Shown here: one piece after another, positions 63,664 through 64,000 of the stretch
Layout of the letters: every line of letters starts with the position of its first letter
Position numbering within the stretch: the stretch's first letter is position 1
NCBI GenBank assembly: GCA_035648735.1
Contig: DASRKX010000061.1
Span: 528 to 64,527, forward strand
DNA length: 64,000 nt
Direction: 5' to 3'
Source of the DNA: Stellaceae bacterium
GTDB lineage: Bacteria; Pseudomonadota; Alphaproteobacteria; ATCC43930; CGMCC-115725
Made by a program: the position numbers and the translations under genes
The notes under the pieces: model-generated
Told to the model about the DNA's origin: nothing
Seen by the model: the letters and a program-made list of their open reading frames with translations, nothing else
Database searches by the model: none

Positions 63664-64000
63664 CAGGCTGTCTCCCCGCCGGTTGCCGGCCGCGGCGAAA
63701 TCCGCAGAATGGGCGGCGCGAAAACCCGCCGGTGCCCGAGCACGGCGACCAGCCCGTCATAAGATTCCTGCGGCTTGCGCCCTTCGGTAATGACAACGAC
63801 GTCATCGGGTCCGACATCCTCGAAATCGCGCACGACCGGCAAGCCCGCCACGCGCGGCTGATTAGTCGTCGGATCGAAAACGCTGAGCAATTCGACGCCG
63901 GCTCCTTCCGCCGCCAGCATGGCGATCTCCGCCAATTCGCCAGCGCCGTAGAGGATGACCCGCTTGTTTCCGGCCGCGGCGCAGCGCGCGAAAACGTCGG
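63663..64000 (-). CDS. Partial CDS (5-prime end outside the window); Rossmann-like C-terminal segment, possibly a Rex-like/CoA-binding-type regulator domain
   Basis: My translation shows the frame is open to the window edge: DVFARCAAAGNKRVILYGAGELAEIAMLAAEGAGVELLSVFDPTT...GLPVVRDFEDV. TGATG junction with the NusG paralogue. Function uncertain. Confidence 0.6.
   Translation of the reverse strand, partial: DVFARCAAAGNKRVILYGAGELAEIAMLAAEGAGVELLSVFDPTTNQPRVAGLPVVRDFEDVGPDDVVVITEGRKPQESYDGLVAVLGHRRVFAPPILRISPRPATGGETA

Noticed and set aside
1-64000. Search by eye for CRISPR repeats, IS/transposase/integrase genes, tRNA/rRNA genes, toxin-antitoxin or defence-system genes.
   Set aside because: None were found. 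Every sizeable ORF with recognisable motifs belongs to carbohydrate metabolism, export or transcription antitermination. The lower-GC block has no flanking repeats or mobility genes that I could see.

Overview
High-GC bacterial chromosomal window (hand counts of single 60-nt lines give mostly 63-68% GC). From end to end it is one very large surface-glycan (O-antigen / capsule type) biosynthesis region. I call 58 protein-coding features, two of them cut by the window edges. I see no rRNA, tRNA, CRISPR array, IS element, transposase or integrase. Layout: (i) 1-5116, minus strand: Wzt/KpsT-type ABC ATPase, Wzm/KpsM-type ABC-2 permease, an RmlD-like SDR, and an 891-aa multidomain protein ending in a SAM methyltransferase. 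(ii) 5413-13474, plus strand: FkbM, TylF and class I methyltransferases, a GT2, and an MBOAT plus GDS(L)-like O-acylation pair whose GDS(L) partner is split from its membrane anchor by a frameshift at an A6 run. (iii) 13505-25420, minus strand: WecB, GT4 enzymes, a heparinase II/III-like protein, a tandem double methyltransferase, an ADH + Gfo/Idh/MocA bi-domain oxidoreductase, a GT-A-like protein and a capsule-synthesis-like protein. (iv) 25521-26534: a lone plus-strand Gfo/Idh/MocA gene. (v) 26557-63082, minus strand: 35 consecutive co-directional genes with gaps of 80 nt or less and many ATGA/GTGA/TGATG stop-start overlaps. An RfaH-type NusG paralogue (63163-63663) and an ops-like 12-mer sit at the head of this array. 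The array contains several recognisable sugar modules: CDP-hexose (RfbF/RfbG plus a C-methyltransferase), a nonulosonic acid module (NeuA/NeuC/NeuB), and a heptose-like module (SIS isomerase, cytidylyltransferase-PfkB fusion, HAD-kinase fusion). It also holds a cassette with no obvious assigned chemistry (split transketolase, 2OG oxygenase, 133-aa orphan). A visibly lower-GC block (about 46.4-55.5 kb) carries a radical SAM/SPASM-like enzyme, a Glf-like mutase and a second, fused ABC exporter. About 15 methyltransferase domains occur in the window, including three 417-aa C-methyltransferase paralogues. I found no Wzx, Wzy, Wzz, O-antigen ligase or polyprenyl-phosphate initiating transferase. 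All family assignments come from reading motifs by eye; no database search was run. Start codons were chosen mainly from stop/start coupling and from where family-typical N-termini begin, so many ORF-track N-terminal extensions were trimmed.
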